Shown: positions 31,183-45,000 of the stretch, one piece after another | Layout: each line of letters starts with the position of its first letter | How positions within the stretch are numbered: position 1 is the stretch's first letter | Assembly: GCA_964016885.1 (NCBI GenBank) | Contig: OZ024740.1 | Location: forward strand, 351,292,001 to 351,356,000 | Length of the DNA stretch: 64,000 nt | Source: Eledone cirrhosa | Lineage: Eukaryota | Direction: 5' to 3' | The notes under the pieces: model-generated | The model's input: only the letters and a program-made list of their open reading frames with translations | What the model was told of the DNA's origin: nothing | Databases searched by the model: none | Position numbers and translations under genes: made by a program

Positions 31183-31535
31183 TATAAAGAAAACGAAAAA
31201 TCAGTGATGCATCTGCACTCAATTTATTGCGTGTTACAATTGTTTCGCCGGCAGGTAGCTAGAGACATGGTCCATGTATGGATCTGGGTGATTCTACGGC
31301 TGCAGGTTCCTTCAGACACGAGTAGTTCGTTCGGAGCAAATTTTATCACATTTTATTAAATTTTATCAGTGATAAAATTTGCTCCGAACGAACTACTCGT
31401 GTCTGAAGGAACCTGCAGCCGTAGAATCAGCCAGATCCATACAGGGACCATGTCTCGAGTTACCTGCCGGCGAAACAATTGTAACACGCAATAAATTGAG
31501 TCCAGATGCATCACTGATTTTTCGTTTTCTTTATA
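31183..31535. repeat. Fold-back palindrome (167-bp arms, 19-nt spacer) with a hammerhead-like motif on each strand
   Basis: Arms 31183-31349 and 31369-31535 have few mismatches. cgtgt-CTGAAGGA...GAAA-caattg-TA-acacg lies at 31398-31488. Confidence 0.9.
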
Positions 31536-31789
31536 CTATCTACACTCTACTCTGCTGAATATTGAGTGCTAATTTTGGCATACCGCCTATGGAAGCACCA
31601 TAGCTACTATTATACACAAGTATATATATATATATATTAGGTATAGGATTATCCTGGATGCAGTAATGGTTAATTACTACACTGGATAGAGTTGACGTAC
31701 GGTGAGAGGTTACTGAACGAGTTATGGAAGAATAGTTGAAGAAAGCCAGTCCCTGATCCTTCTGTATTCCGGAGTGTAGATAAAGAATG

Positions 31790-33332
31790 AATAATAACAG
31801 GTAATTTATTCTTTGTGCTTACAAATTCTGACCTAACGGAGGAAGAAATTAATATTATTCTAGAGGCTAGAAAAACTATTATCAAGTTTGATAACTGCCA
31901 CTGGGAACGTAAGGACAGACCCACAAACTCCGACATTACCATGGGTTCCAACGACTCAGCGGAGGTCACCGATCTTGTGGAAATTTACATAGCCCACATA
32001 CTACATGGTAAATTTAGTAATCTACAGGGGGGGGGGGATATATAGAGATGACGGGCTCTTATTAGTTAATAACTTAAATAAACAAAATCTTGAAAGGCTA
32101 CGGAAAAACATTAGAAAATCTTTTAGTGAATTGGGTCTAAAAATAACGTACAAATACAATCTTAAAGTAGTAAATTTTCTAGACGTAACTCTTAATTTAA
32201 ATACCGGACTGATACGACCCTTCCACAAGATAAATGAGAACCTTACCTATATCAATTTTAACTCAAACCACTCACTTTCCATGATCAAATCGGTTCCCCG
32301 TAGTATTTCTCTTAGAATCTCTCGCCTATCGTCTGACTCTGAGATTTTCAGTGAACATGCTGAATACTATAATAATGCATTAAGGAATGCCGACCACCGG
32401 GATACAATAGAATACATTGATAAGAATCTCCATAACACACATAGCTCTACACGGAATCAAAGAATACGTAACCGGGGTACTGTAATACAAGCGCACACAC
32501 GCAGTACCACCAGATATACTAATAATAGAAAATCATCACCAAATAAATCACGTTGTAGAAAGTATATCTGGTATAATCCCATTTTTAATGCTTCGATTAG
32601 TACAAAACTATCTCTTTCATTCTTTAAGTTAATCAACAAGCATTTCCCTAGTTCCGATAAATACAATATAATTCTAAACTCTAAAACTATTAAACTATCA
32701 TACTCCACGGCACCAAACCTTGAAGCATACATAAAAAACTTAACTTAAAGCAATCAAACAACACTACAAAACAAAATATTTTAATAACAGATGAGCATAA
32801 CGTAATATCGGCCTCCCAACCACTAAATGGGAGACGGGTATTACACAACCCACCTGTACTGCTATCCCATCCTATCCATGGTATACCCGCTACCCACAAC
32901 AAAAACTGTAACTGCCACCTACCTGAAAGATGTCCATTGAAGAATAAATGCCTAAAGTCCAACATTGTTTACCAATGCACTGTTGAATCGAACGACCAGA
33001 AAAGGTATTACATCGGGTCTACCACTACCTCCTTTAAATCTCGCTGGTATCGTCATCGATTCTCAATTAAACATCCTAATCACCGTTTTGTGACCACGCT
33101 CGCCAACAAGATCTGGCAACTCCGTGAATGCAACCAACAGTTCACCTTGAAATGGGATATACTTTCCAGTGCTAGTGCATATCGGAGTGGATTGAAGTAC
33201 TGTAGGTTATGTAACCTTGAACTCTTTTACATCTTAAAATCCAAAAATAAATTACTAAATGATAGAATCCAACGATCATTATACTGCAACCACAAACTGA
33301 AGGCTAAATTCTCCCACTATAAAATAACTTAA
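31790..33332 (+). pseudogene. 5'-truncated, frameshifted Penelope-like element (RT + GIY-YIG endonuclease)
   Basis: ITMGS..AEV, IYRDDGL, NFLDVTL, IWYNP, a Cys-rich linker (CNC..CPL..KCL) and IVYQC..YYIGST..FKSR..H. Confidence 0.9.
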
Positions 33333-33732
33333 CATTCGAACCCGTAACTATAACATTGCTTTCTAGCTAACCACTTTCTCTTCCCCCACACTACAAGACA
33401 ATACCCTGCTTATCACTATAAATGGAAACTTAGTGCAATTTGTAGAGTACTACTATGAACTCAATTTACACTCATCCCATAGCTTTCATCTGTCCCCTCT
33501 CTATCTCTCCCTCTCTATCCATTCCCCCCTCTCTCTCTCTCTCTCCCTAGGTCCACCTTCCTCCCTCTCCACATCTATGAACCTGCCCTCTGTGGCAATA
33601 AATAATTCCAACCTTGACTATCAACGCATCGCTTAAGGTGGTCGCTTTAAGAGTAACCAGTATAATAAAACCCCTACCACAACATTTTGATTAAGATATC
33701 TACAAACCACTCTCTCCCATTTCCCCCAAATC

Positions 33733-33773
<41 letters not shown>

Positions 33774-33859
33774 CCCCCTTCTTTTCTCGCTTCCTTTTCT
33801 ACTCTATCTTCCCCAATAACCTCACTTAAGGGTATTTACATTGTACATTTTAACCATTC

Positions 33860-33971
33860 TGCTCTGATGATACAATGGTCTCAGCATTTGATAATTGAGT
33901 TTTGCAAATAGTTATAAATTTGCACATAACATAACTAGGCTGTATAACCACCATGGAAACATTTGTAAGCA
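33860..33971 (+). ncRNA. Hammerhead ribozyme motif in the 3' pseudo-LTR of the Penelope-like element
   Basis: tgct-CTGATGA-[long stem II, atggt..accat]-GAAA-catttg-TA-agca, then AATAAA. It is in sense orientation downstream of the GIY-YIG ORF. Confidence 0.7.
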
Positions 33972-34018
33972 CAAAGAATAAATTACCTTTTTATGATGTC
34001 TACCTGTTATTATTCATT

Positions 34019-34074
<56 letters not shown>

Positions 34075-34235
34075 CGGAGGAGTTGTGGTAAGGAACCAGA
34101 TGGACCATAACGCACCAGAGTACTCAATACTTAGGGTAGTAGAGTGGGTAATAGGAGAAATAGCCGTCCAGAAATAGCCGTCGAAATGGCTTGAGCTCTG
34201 CCGTCGGGTTCATACTTTCTCCCATATATACTGTA

Positions 34236-34303
<68 letters not shown>

Positions 34304-34796
34304 CGAATCTATGCAGAGAGATTTGAACTAGTGCTCCCTTGGTTAGTTAAATAAATCATCCCTCCACTAAGCTCTGGCCTCAGGAAATAAGAATAGATAC
34401 ACGATCTTCTTTATATAGCACTTGGCGTGATTTACTTCCTTTGTTTTGGAGACTTATGTCGGCAAACTGTCTGAAGAATACACTTTGCTGGAGGTTATCT
34501 GTTTATTGTGAACGACCACAGAATCTTTATAAACAGTCTGCTCTCGGCTGTCCACGAGCAGTCTGGTTCAGTTTACTACAGTGATAAGAACGATGTAGTT
34601 GTCGACAGACTCACTCAGCCCTTCCAGTCAGCGAACCAAGACAGTCGTCCTCCAGTTCGATTTCAACAAAGGTTAGTTTCATACAACGTTTCAGGCAACT
34701 ACTACATCATCCACACCAAACAAATTATACAAAGAAAATACATGATTTTACTGTGACCTTTGTTGTCTTTCATGTGTTATCATAATTGTTTCTACT

Positions 34797-34955
34797 TTTG
34801 GCACAAGGCCAGCAATTACCCAGTGCATTACTCGTACTTTATTGTATCGACCCCGTAAGGATGAAAAGCAAAGATAACCTTGGCGGGCTTTGAACTCAGA
34901 ATGGAAAGGGCCGTAACTCTATGCGTCAAAGCATGGCGTCTGACCCTCTACCGAA
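34797..34955 (-). mobile_element. tRNA-derived SINE copy
   Basis: Reverse complement of the 9850-10065 family (ggcacaaggccagcaatt..tcgaccccgtaaggatgaaa..tttgaactcaga). Confidence 0.85.
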
Positions 34956-35329
34956 GAGCTACGTAAGTTATTTCTGAATAAATATTATTGAAATAGCGAA
35001 CTTTTGTCATTGTTCTTTGAATATCGGCAATTTAACTTTCAACTTTCAACTACAGGCTATGACAACCACTCATCTCGATTCACTGAAACACACATAATTC
35101 ATTTGCCATACGTCACAAACATCCACACAACGCTTTATATGGGAGTGAGTAATCCATGAAATCGACCATCAAGCCAACAATTACTACTATAAATGCTACC
35201 ACTCTATAACGAATAACTGACCAACCGAATCATTAATACAAATTACATCAGGTCACAACCACAAGCAATCATCTTAACTGCCACTCTGTCTTGCTCAATC
35301 TCTCTCCCTCTCTCTCTCTCTATTCTCTA

Positions 35330-35412
<83 letters not shown>

Positions 35413-35415
35413 CAT

Positions 35416-35446
<31 letters not shown>

Positions 35447-35722
35447 CATTTATATATACATATATATACATACACATACATACATACACACACACATGCA
35501 TACACACATATATATATATATATACACACATGTATACGTACTCACTTATAAAAGGATACATATGCACACACACAAATAAGAATAAATAATCATAATAGGC
35601 CGTCACATAAAAAATAAGGATTAAGAAAATAAACAAATTAAAAAAATTAAAAATATTATTATGTTGACAGCGATACAAGACAGCAAATTTTAAAATAAAA
35701 ATAAAGATAAAAATACTAATAC

Positions 35723-35772
<50 letters not shown>

Positions 35773-36563
35773 GACCAAACACACGTGGTAAGCAAATTCA
35801 CAAAAAAAAACTAAATATATATATATATAAAAATATATATATATATATAAATAAAAAAATATATATATATATACACACACACATATATATGTATAATAAA
35901 TATATATATATATATATATATACATATATGTGTACATACATATACACATATATATATATACACATACACACACACATATACACACACACATACGCATACA
36001 TATAAATATACAAGCACACCCTATACATATAAACACACCACAGATTGGTCTATTTTAGACCATTGGAGGGAATACCAAAGGGGCACAAATTGTTCTTTGT
36101 GTACCACTGAAAAATTTAGAATTCTACAGAATTTGAAAGCCACTTCAACTTGCCTTAACTCCAAGACCGAGGTCTTCAGATGTTATCCTCACCTGAAATC
36201 ACATCTGCTCTGTAACTGGATTGACATTCCTACGATGACTCAACCACCTTGAACGTCTTCTTTGCTCTTCACGCCTTACATCTACTACGATTTTTATTAC
36301 TCTCTGAACTCACTTTCTGTACCCTTATTTTCTCTTTCTCCCTTATCTCCTCTTATTTTTTTACTTTTACTTATGTTATTTATTTTCCTTATTCCCACCT
36401 ACTCTCTACCTTACCCTTTACATACCCACCTCCTTTTGATTTTTAGATATTAATTTTACGTGTATGCATGTTGTCGTGTATATGTGTATATAAGTGTATA
36501 TGTATATATATATATATGTGTATATGTATGTATAAATTTATATATATATATGTGTATGTGTAT

Positions 36564-36627
<64 letters not shown>

Positions 36628-36707
36628 ATTTTTATTTATGTGGTGTTGTAACCCTTTGTACTTTGTGTGCGTGTATATTAGTGTGTGTGTATATATATAT
36701 ACACATA

Positions 36708-36789
<82 letters not shown>

Positions 36790-37083
36790 ATGTATATATA
36801 TATATGTATATGTATATATATTTATATGTAGTTGGTTTTGTGTGTGTGTGTGTATGTATGGTTTTGTATGTATATGCATAATTACATACAGAGTTTTTTA
36901 ATGCTTACTTTTTTTGATTATTTGCTCCAGGAACTGTTGAGTGCTCTTAATCAGCTATAAACATTTATACCTTTATTTTTTATTTGTCGTATGCCATACT
37001 ATTTGAATACCCCTTCCTTCCCTTTATTTTTATTTTGTGTATGTATGTATGTATGTATGTATGTATGTATGTATGTATGTATG

Positions 37084-37144
<61 letters not shown>

Positions 37145-37918
37145 GTGTATATATGTGTATGTATGCATATATATGTACATAAAATTGAAAATAAATGTTT
37201 ATGTTTTTCTTTTTTGTATATATGTATATGTGTGTATATGTGTGTATGTGTGTGTATGTATGTATATATATATATATATATAAGAGAGTATTGAAGTTTG
37301 CTTGAAGCATTGTGGAATAATAGGTAAATATCTTTAAGTCGTTTGGAAGCCTCGACAATGCAAATGGGTAAATCTCCGGGTAACAAGATCCTGTGGTGGA
37401 GAGAGATGTAAGTGGGTGTACGTTGAGATGCGTGGTGTGTATAAGACGTGTAGAAGAATGAAGGAAAGAGTATAAAGGATAAAATAAAAATAAGAACACG
37501 AGAGAGAGTTACCTTGTGAGAGATTTAATTGTCCCTATATATTTCGGATTCACATCCATCAACTGGGAGTTTTTTCAGGGGTGGAGGAAAGGTTGTCTGT
37601 CGGAAAGGTGCGAAACGCGTCCTCCGCTGTTTGTTGTTTTGAATATCTGAGGTATTCAGCAGAGCGCGCGTGCGCTTTAAATGGGGTTGGTCGGGCAGAG
37701 GTCAGCGACCGAATGTGGGAGTGGGGTGGTGCTAGCTGTCAGTCCATTCTCTGCCTGTTTGTTAAATGTTACTGTGTGTGTGTGTGCGTGTGTTGTTGTC
37801 TCAGTTGAGTGTGTGTGTGTGTTGTTGCCTTGTTCATCTGTATTGGCAGTGTAGTATGTTCGTATGGTGGAATGCTACTGTGTGTGTGTGTGCGTGTGTT
37901 GCTGCATCGTTTGTTAAC

Positions 37919-39720
37919 TTAAACCAACCATTTCATTTCGCTTCTCTCGGATCGATTGTTTATTTGCGGTGCAAGGCGTTTGATAAAAAGCGCTTCCTTG
38001 ATACGTAACGTGCCAACGTTTCTTTCAGTCACTAGAATTGTGACAATGGGCCTTCCGTCTTTGTTTCCGCATTTGTCTATGTGTTTCCGGAAAGACGAGG
38101 CCCTGGTTTTAGTGTGTTCCTTGATCCGGATGTGCAAAGGTTGGATTGTACTACCTATATAGTATTGGTTGCACCTGTCACATTCTATCTTATACACGAC
38201 GTATGTGCGTAGGCAACAGTTCGCATTGCGTATCGGGCAGTCTCTGAGGGAGCACGCGTCAATAGATTTCCCGGGTTTCCTGGAGAGGCATCTTCGCAGG
38301 GAGGGGCCCGAGTGGGCCAGGTGGATGTCGAGGCCTTCCCTCCGTATAGCCTTGCGGATAGCGTTGGTGGTATTCTCGCCCAGGTGTGGCATTTTAAGGA
38401 AGCACTTGCCTTGGGTGCCTCTCTGTCTTTTGTGTCTGGTGTCTCCTACTCTGTCTGTGAGCGAGGTAGGGTACCCGTTCGTCTCCAGCACCTCGAGGAA
38501 TCGCTTGGTACGAGTGACACCACTCGCGGGATCGCTGCATCTGTTTTTGATTCGCGCGATCTCGTTCGTGATGTATCCTCTTTTGGCACTGTTAGGGAGG
38601 GCGGACTTGTAGTGAACGAACAGGTCCCTGTAGGCTGCCTTTCGGTAGAAGTTGCAGTGGATCCTTCCCTGTTCCGTGATGTTGATTCGGAAGTCGAGGA
38701 GGGCAAGTGACCCGTCTTCGTTGGGGTGTTCAACACTGAAGTCAATGTTCTCGTCCGTGTTGTTGAACGTCTCATAGATTCTGTTCGCCGTGTCTTGGGA
38801 AGATGTGAGGATGAGGATATCGTCCACGTACCTTGAGAAAAAGGCGACGGCGTTGGGGTGGCAGGCGTTGAGTGCCTTGCGCTCGAGGTTGTCCATGTAA
38901 GAGATCGCTAGCACACCCGACAGGCTTGATCCCATGGGCAATCCCGAGGTTTGTTGGTATGTTTGGTCAAGGAATCCGAAATAGGTGTTGTCGACGACGA
39001 TGGATAGGAGTTGGTGGATGTCAGTGGTGGTGAGCCCGAAGCAGTGTAGGTCGGTGGATTGGACGCGTTCCATCAGTATATTGACGGCCGGGAGTGCCGG
39101 GACCGAGGTGTAGAGAGCGACTACATCAAGGCTGAAGGTATATCTGTTATTCCTTCTGGTGTCGGGATCCATTTGATGCAGGCGCTTCAACACCTCCTCG
39201 GAGCTGTTAACGTGTCCCGGCAAGGTGTCTAAGATGGGTTTGAGTATTCTGGCTAGGAGCCATGAAATTTTGTAGAGTGGTCCCTCCACGCTCGATACGA
39301 TGGGCCTGATCTTCAGGTCGGGTCCCTGTTTATGTGTTTTCACGAGGTGGTAGAAGGCGGGTAGTCTGCTGTTCCTCGTGAGGAGGTTGTATCTCAGCTT
39401 CTTCGGGAGCTTCCGCCGGTCGCAGATGTTGGTCCAGGTAGCGTTGATGTGCTCTTCTATCTGCGCGGGAGTGATTCCCGTGACCTTGGAGTAGAGGTTG
39501 TCATCGTCAAGGTGTTGGAGGGCCAGGGTGTTGTAGGCCTCTCTGCTAATTACGCAGAATTATTTTCCCTTGTCGGAGGGGAGATAGATGAGGTACTTCG
39601 ATTTTAGGTTGGATCGAGTGGTGAGTTGAGATTTGGTGAGGTTATGTGTTGTGCGTGTGTGTGTGTGTTTGTGAAGTATATCCGAGACGGAGTGTTTTAG
39701 CCTGATGAGTTTAGTGTCGA
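37919..39720 (-). mobile_element. Penelope-like element, second family (RT + GIY-YIG; open 474-aa ORF 37919..39343)
   Basis: SDKG upstream, then KTHK..IRPIVS, SLDVVALYTSVP, GLPMGSSLS, RYVDD, LLDF, YRK and VVYKIECDRCNQYYIGST..RIKEH. One stop lies upstream near 39560. Confidence 0.92.
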
Positions 39721-40040
39721 GTTCGTGGTTGATGTCTGTATGTGCGTGTGTGTGTACGTACTTATGCGTATGTGTGTATGTAACTTTATAGTTTTATATT
39801 TATGTTTTTATCTTTCAGAAATGTTTATACTATATGTGTGTATGTGGTTGTATGCATTTATGTGTACGTGTATATGTATTTGTATGTATATACTCTTTTG
39901 TGTCTGTGCTGTATTTATATGTATGGGGTGTGCTTGTATATTTATATGTATGCGTATGTGTGTATATGTGTTTGTGTATGTGTATATATATATGTGTGTG
40001 TATGTACACATATATGTATATATATATATATATGTGTGTG

Positions 40041-40076
<36 letters not shown>

Positions 40077-40385
40077 TTATATTTAATGTGTTGGAATACA
40101 ACAAGCAAATATTTTTATAACTGGTATAAAGCACTCAACAAATTTTTGGAGTAAAAATACAATTTATTAACAAATGGAAATTATATTTATAAAACCATAT
40201 TTATTTCATTATACATATTTCGGGAGCTTCCAACCGACATGGTCGCATTCTTTAAGGGTATGTCAATATTTGTTTATAAAACTGATCTATATTATATTTC
40301 ATGAAAGCGCACCATAATTTGCTTTGGTGTCCTTGAAATATGTATAATTAAATAAATATGGTTTTATAAATATAGTTTCCATTTG

Positions 40386-40880
<495 letters not shown>

Positions 40881-40928
40881 AATATAATCTTCTATACACA
40901 ATCATACACACCCGTGTATATTTACCTA

Positions 40929-40998
<70 letters not shown>

Positions 40999-41044
40999 GT
41001 TTTTTTGTGCATTTGCTTACTACGTCCGTTTGGTCATTTATTAT

Positions 41045-41616
41045 TATTGTCACGTGTAGGACGGATCCAGCTATCAGTTGAGTCCATCGTGAGGATTGCC
41101 CCCGCCCTCTTCCTTTAGGCGGGAAGGGCAGGCAGTTTTTATCCGTCTGGTAGCCATGGCGAAAGAGATAGTATGGTGGACACGTTTGAAAAGGTTGAAG
41201 ACGAGCACTTACCTCTTCGGTGATGCCCTGATTAACTTTTTCAAATTTCATTTGAAAAGGAAAATCAGGGTAGAGAGGGAAGTGCTCTCTTCCCACCATT
41301 TTGTTGAAAGATGGGTGAGAGAAGCAAGTATGGTCCAAGTGAATGGGCCTACTCTGAGTATGTGTCAGTAAATTAAAGGTGGAAAACTGGGAGAGGGTAC
41401 TTGCTCTGGTGGTCAGGGTCACTGTCGCCTTTTAATGGACTTTCTCCACAAATGTCCCTCGGAAGCCTCCCCCCTATTGGGGAATGTTTCATTGTTATTT
41501 TTTTATTACATCCTCTGTTTTTTTACACGCAGAAATGCCCATTTGTACCGTCCTGTATTGTCCTGTACTGTCCTTAATGTCTACTTTATGTAAACCCTTG
41601 TGATTAATAAAGAAAG

Positions 41617-41617
<1 letters not shown>
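41045..41617 (+). mobile_element. 3' fragment of a Tx1/L1-type element
   Basis: PPPSSFRREGQAVFIRLVAMAKEIVWWTRLK is homologous to 18880-19040. A 3'UTR with AATAAA runs into (ATT)n. Confidence 0.8.
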
Positions 41618-41647
<30 letters not shown>

Positions 41648-41650
41648 GTT

Positions 41651-42029
41651 GTTATTCCTTGAATCTCAGTCATTGATGTTGGTTAACTGGAAAGTCCGTT
41701 GGATTGAATATCAAGCCACTACCTGCAGCCTCAGATATTCAGGACGTATCGGAGGGTTCTTGCTGTTCCAAGCAAGCATGCCTTTTGAAGCGTTCCAAAA
41801 AGCGTGAAGGGGCCGATTTTCTTTAACCATCCCTGGAAACTTTTGGAAACTTTTGGAGATAGTCCCCAGTGCGCCTATGACAATCGGGATCACTTTGACT
41901 TCATGGCAGTTCCAAATCCTTTTCACCTCCCACTTTAGGTCCTGGTATCGGTTAATTTTCTCCCTCTCCTTCTCTTGCACTCTCGTGTCGAACGGGCAGG
42001 CCACATCCACAATCAGACACGATCTTTTT
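41651..42029 (-). mobile_element. R4/Dong-type family A, short 5'-truncated copy
   Basis: Same 3'UTR and RLE tail as 42079+, with (TAA)n on both sides and a 10-bp duplication at ~41835-41855. Confidence 0.95.
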
Positions 42030-42033
42030 ATTA

Positions 42034-42072
<39 letters not shown>

Positions 42073-42078
42073 GTTATT

Positions 42079-45000
42079 GTTATTCCTTGAATCTCAGTCA
42101 TTGATGTTGGTTAACTGGAAAGTCCGTTGGATTGAATATCAAGCCACTACCTGCAGCCTCAGATATTCAGGACGTATCGGAGGGTTCTTGCCGTTCCAAG
42201 CAAGCATGCCTTTTGAAGCGTTCCAAAAAGCGTGAAGGGGCCGATTTTCTTTAACCATCCCTGGAAACCTTTGGAGATAGTCCCCAGTGCGCCTATGACA
42301 ATCGGGATCACTTTGACTTCATGGCAGTTCCAAATCCTTTTCACCTCCCACTTTAGGTCCTGGTATCGGTTAATTTTCTCCCTCTCCTTCTCTTGCACTC
42401 TCGTGTCGAACGGGCAGGCCACATCCACAATCAGGCACGATCTTTTTTCTTTGTCCACAACCACCAGGTCAGGTCTATTGTGTTCCAGTTTTTTGTCCGT
42501 CTGTATCCTAAAATCCCACAGCACCTTCACCTGACTGTTCTCCATCACCGCCTCTGGCCTATGCTCATACCATTTCTCAGAATGTGGTAGATTGTTTACT
42601 TTGCACAGGTGCCAGTGGATCACCCTGCCCATCACATCGTGTCTCCAGCCCTTATAGTGGGTCTGGGCTAGGTGTTTACACTCGGACACAATGTGAGCCA
42701 CAGTCTCCTCTCTCTCTCCACAGATCCTGCACAGTGGGCTAGCCTCCTCCTTGTAGATATGGTGCTTCAACCACTTCGTTTTGAGGGCCTGCTCCTGCGC
42801 AGCCATTATCATTCCTTCTGTAGCCTTTTTGAGGTCTCCTCTTCTCAACCAGTTCCATGTCTGTGGATCTCTAAATTCAGTTTTCTCAAAGAAGGTACTA
42901 TGAAGGGATTTTCCCTTAAGGCTGCTCTTCCTCCTTGATGTTATTTCCTCCTTGGGTATCCCCTGGCCTACTGTCCCCTCCTTCAGTACAGCTCTGAGCA
43001 TTGGCTCCTTACTATAGGTCACGTATTTGTATAGGTTGTTTTTCTCCATCTGAACACAGTCCTCTATGCTGATAAGACCTCTTCCACCCTCAGATCTCCT
43101 TAGGTAGAGTCTATCGACATCACTCCTCTTGTGGAACATGTTGTAGATAGTCAATAGCTTCCTAGTCTTCCTATCCATTTCTTTTTGTTCAGCAACATTC
43201 CATCTCAGAATTCCCGCACTGTACCTAATAATAGACACAGCTCGGGAATTTACTGCGCTTATGGCATTTCTGCTGTTCAGATGTGACTTCAATACGCTCC
43301 TTACTCTCCGAATGTATTCAGTTCTTAACAATTCCTTCATTTTTTTGTTCTTTATGCCATCAGCCTCCAGAACGCCCAAATACTTGTATCCTTCCTCAGA
43401 GTCAATTTCCTTTATCATCTCACCTGTTGGTATCTGGATCCCGTTACTTCTGCTCAACCTACCCCTCCTCATCACAATGACTCCACATTTACCAATACCA
43501 AACTGCATACATATATCACTGCTGAAAATACGGACAGTGTCAACAAGCACATCCAACTCCTTCTCACTTTTCCCGAAGAGCTTAAGATCGTCCATGAAGA
43601 GGAGGTGATTGATGATAAGCTCTCCCCTTCCCAACTTGTATCCTGCTCTCACTTTTCGCAGCATAATGGTCAAGGGAATCAGGGCAAGGACAAACAACAG
43701 AGGGGACAGGCTATCTCCCTGGAAGATACCTCTCTTGATCTTCACGCTTCCCAAGGATACTCCAGTTGATGTCAACTCTGTCTCCCAGGACCCCATACTC
43801 CTGCCCAGCAACTGTCTGATGTTATCTGCCACCCTGAAGATCTCCAGGCTTTTGGTGATCCAGGAATGAGGCACCATGTCAAATGCCTTTCTGTAGTCTA
43901 TCCATCCCATGGCAAGATCAGTGTGTCTCCTCCTGCAATTCCCCATTACCATCTTATCAATAAGCAACTGGTCCTTTGTACCACGTGACTTCTTTCGGCA
44001 TCCTATCTGTTCGTCCGGCAACAAGTTGTTTGTGTGGAGGTGATGGTAGATTTCCTCAGACACAATGCTCGTCAACAGTTTCCACATTACGGGCAGACAT
44101 GTGATAGGTCTATAGTTGGTAACATCATTACCCTTGATTCGGTCTTTCATTATCAGAACTGTGGTACCTTTTGTCAACCACTCTGGCACCTCACCCGACA
44201 CCAAGCAGTCATTGAACATGGCCGTCAGCTTCGGGTGGAGGGATGTTAAATGTTTAATCCAATACCCCTGCACACCATCTGGGCCTGGTGATTTCCAGTT
44301 GGTTAGTTTTTTGGCTTGCCCCTTAAGAGTTTCAACTGTGATACTCAAATCAGTCTGTTGCTGTGCCTGCTCACCGATCTCCCTCTGTACTGTCTCAATC
44401 CACCCTGCCTGGGCATTCTGTCTAACATCCTGCTCCCATATTCCTCTCCAGAATGTTTTAGCTTGTTCCGCCCCAGGGATCATGTCGCTGCCTCTTTCTT
44501 TCCCCTCAAGCTGTCCAAACAGCATCTTCTGGTTGTTGTCGAACATGCGGTTCTGTTTATACTGACTGACTCTGTTCTCGTATCGCCTGATTTTTGCACT
44601 CTTTGCTACAATGCGTTGCTTCAATTCCTCTATGATAATATTTAGCTTTTTACTCCTAGTTTTGTATTTTATTTCCAGTCTATTTTTAGTGCCTATGTTT
44701 TTTAGTGTCCCATTCAGTAGTGACTCAAGCTTTCCTATGTCATTTCTCATTTCCCCGATTTGCCCACTCAGTCGCTTCTTCCACCACGGCTCTGCTCTTT
44801 CTTGTCTGTTGTTTCCTCTCGCTTTTATACCAAGTAGTTTCCTCACCGTATTTGCTGTTGCTTTGAGGATATTGTTGCACTGGTGAAGGCTCCTCGCCTC
44901 AAGGTATGGGATGACTTTGTTTACCTTAGCTGTTGTTTCTTTTAACTTTTTCCTGTCTACAAATCTTAGATTCATAGGTCTCCCACTATCATTGTTCAAC

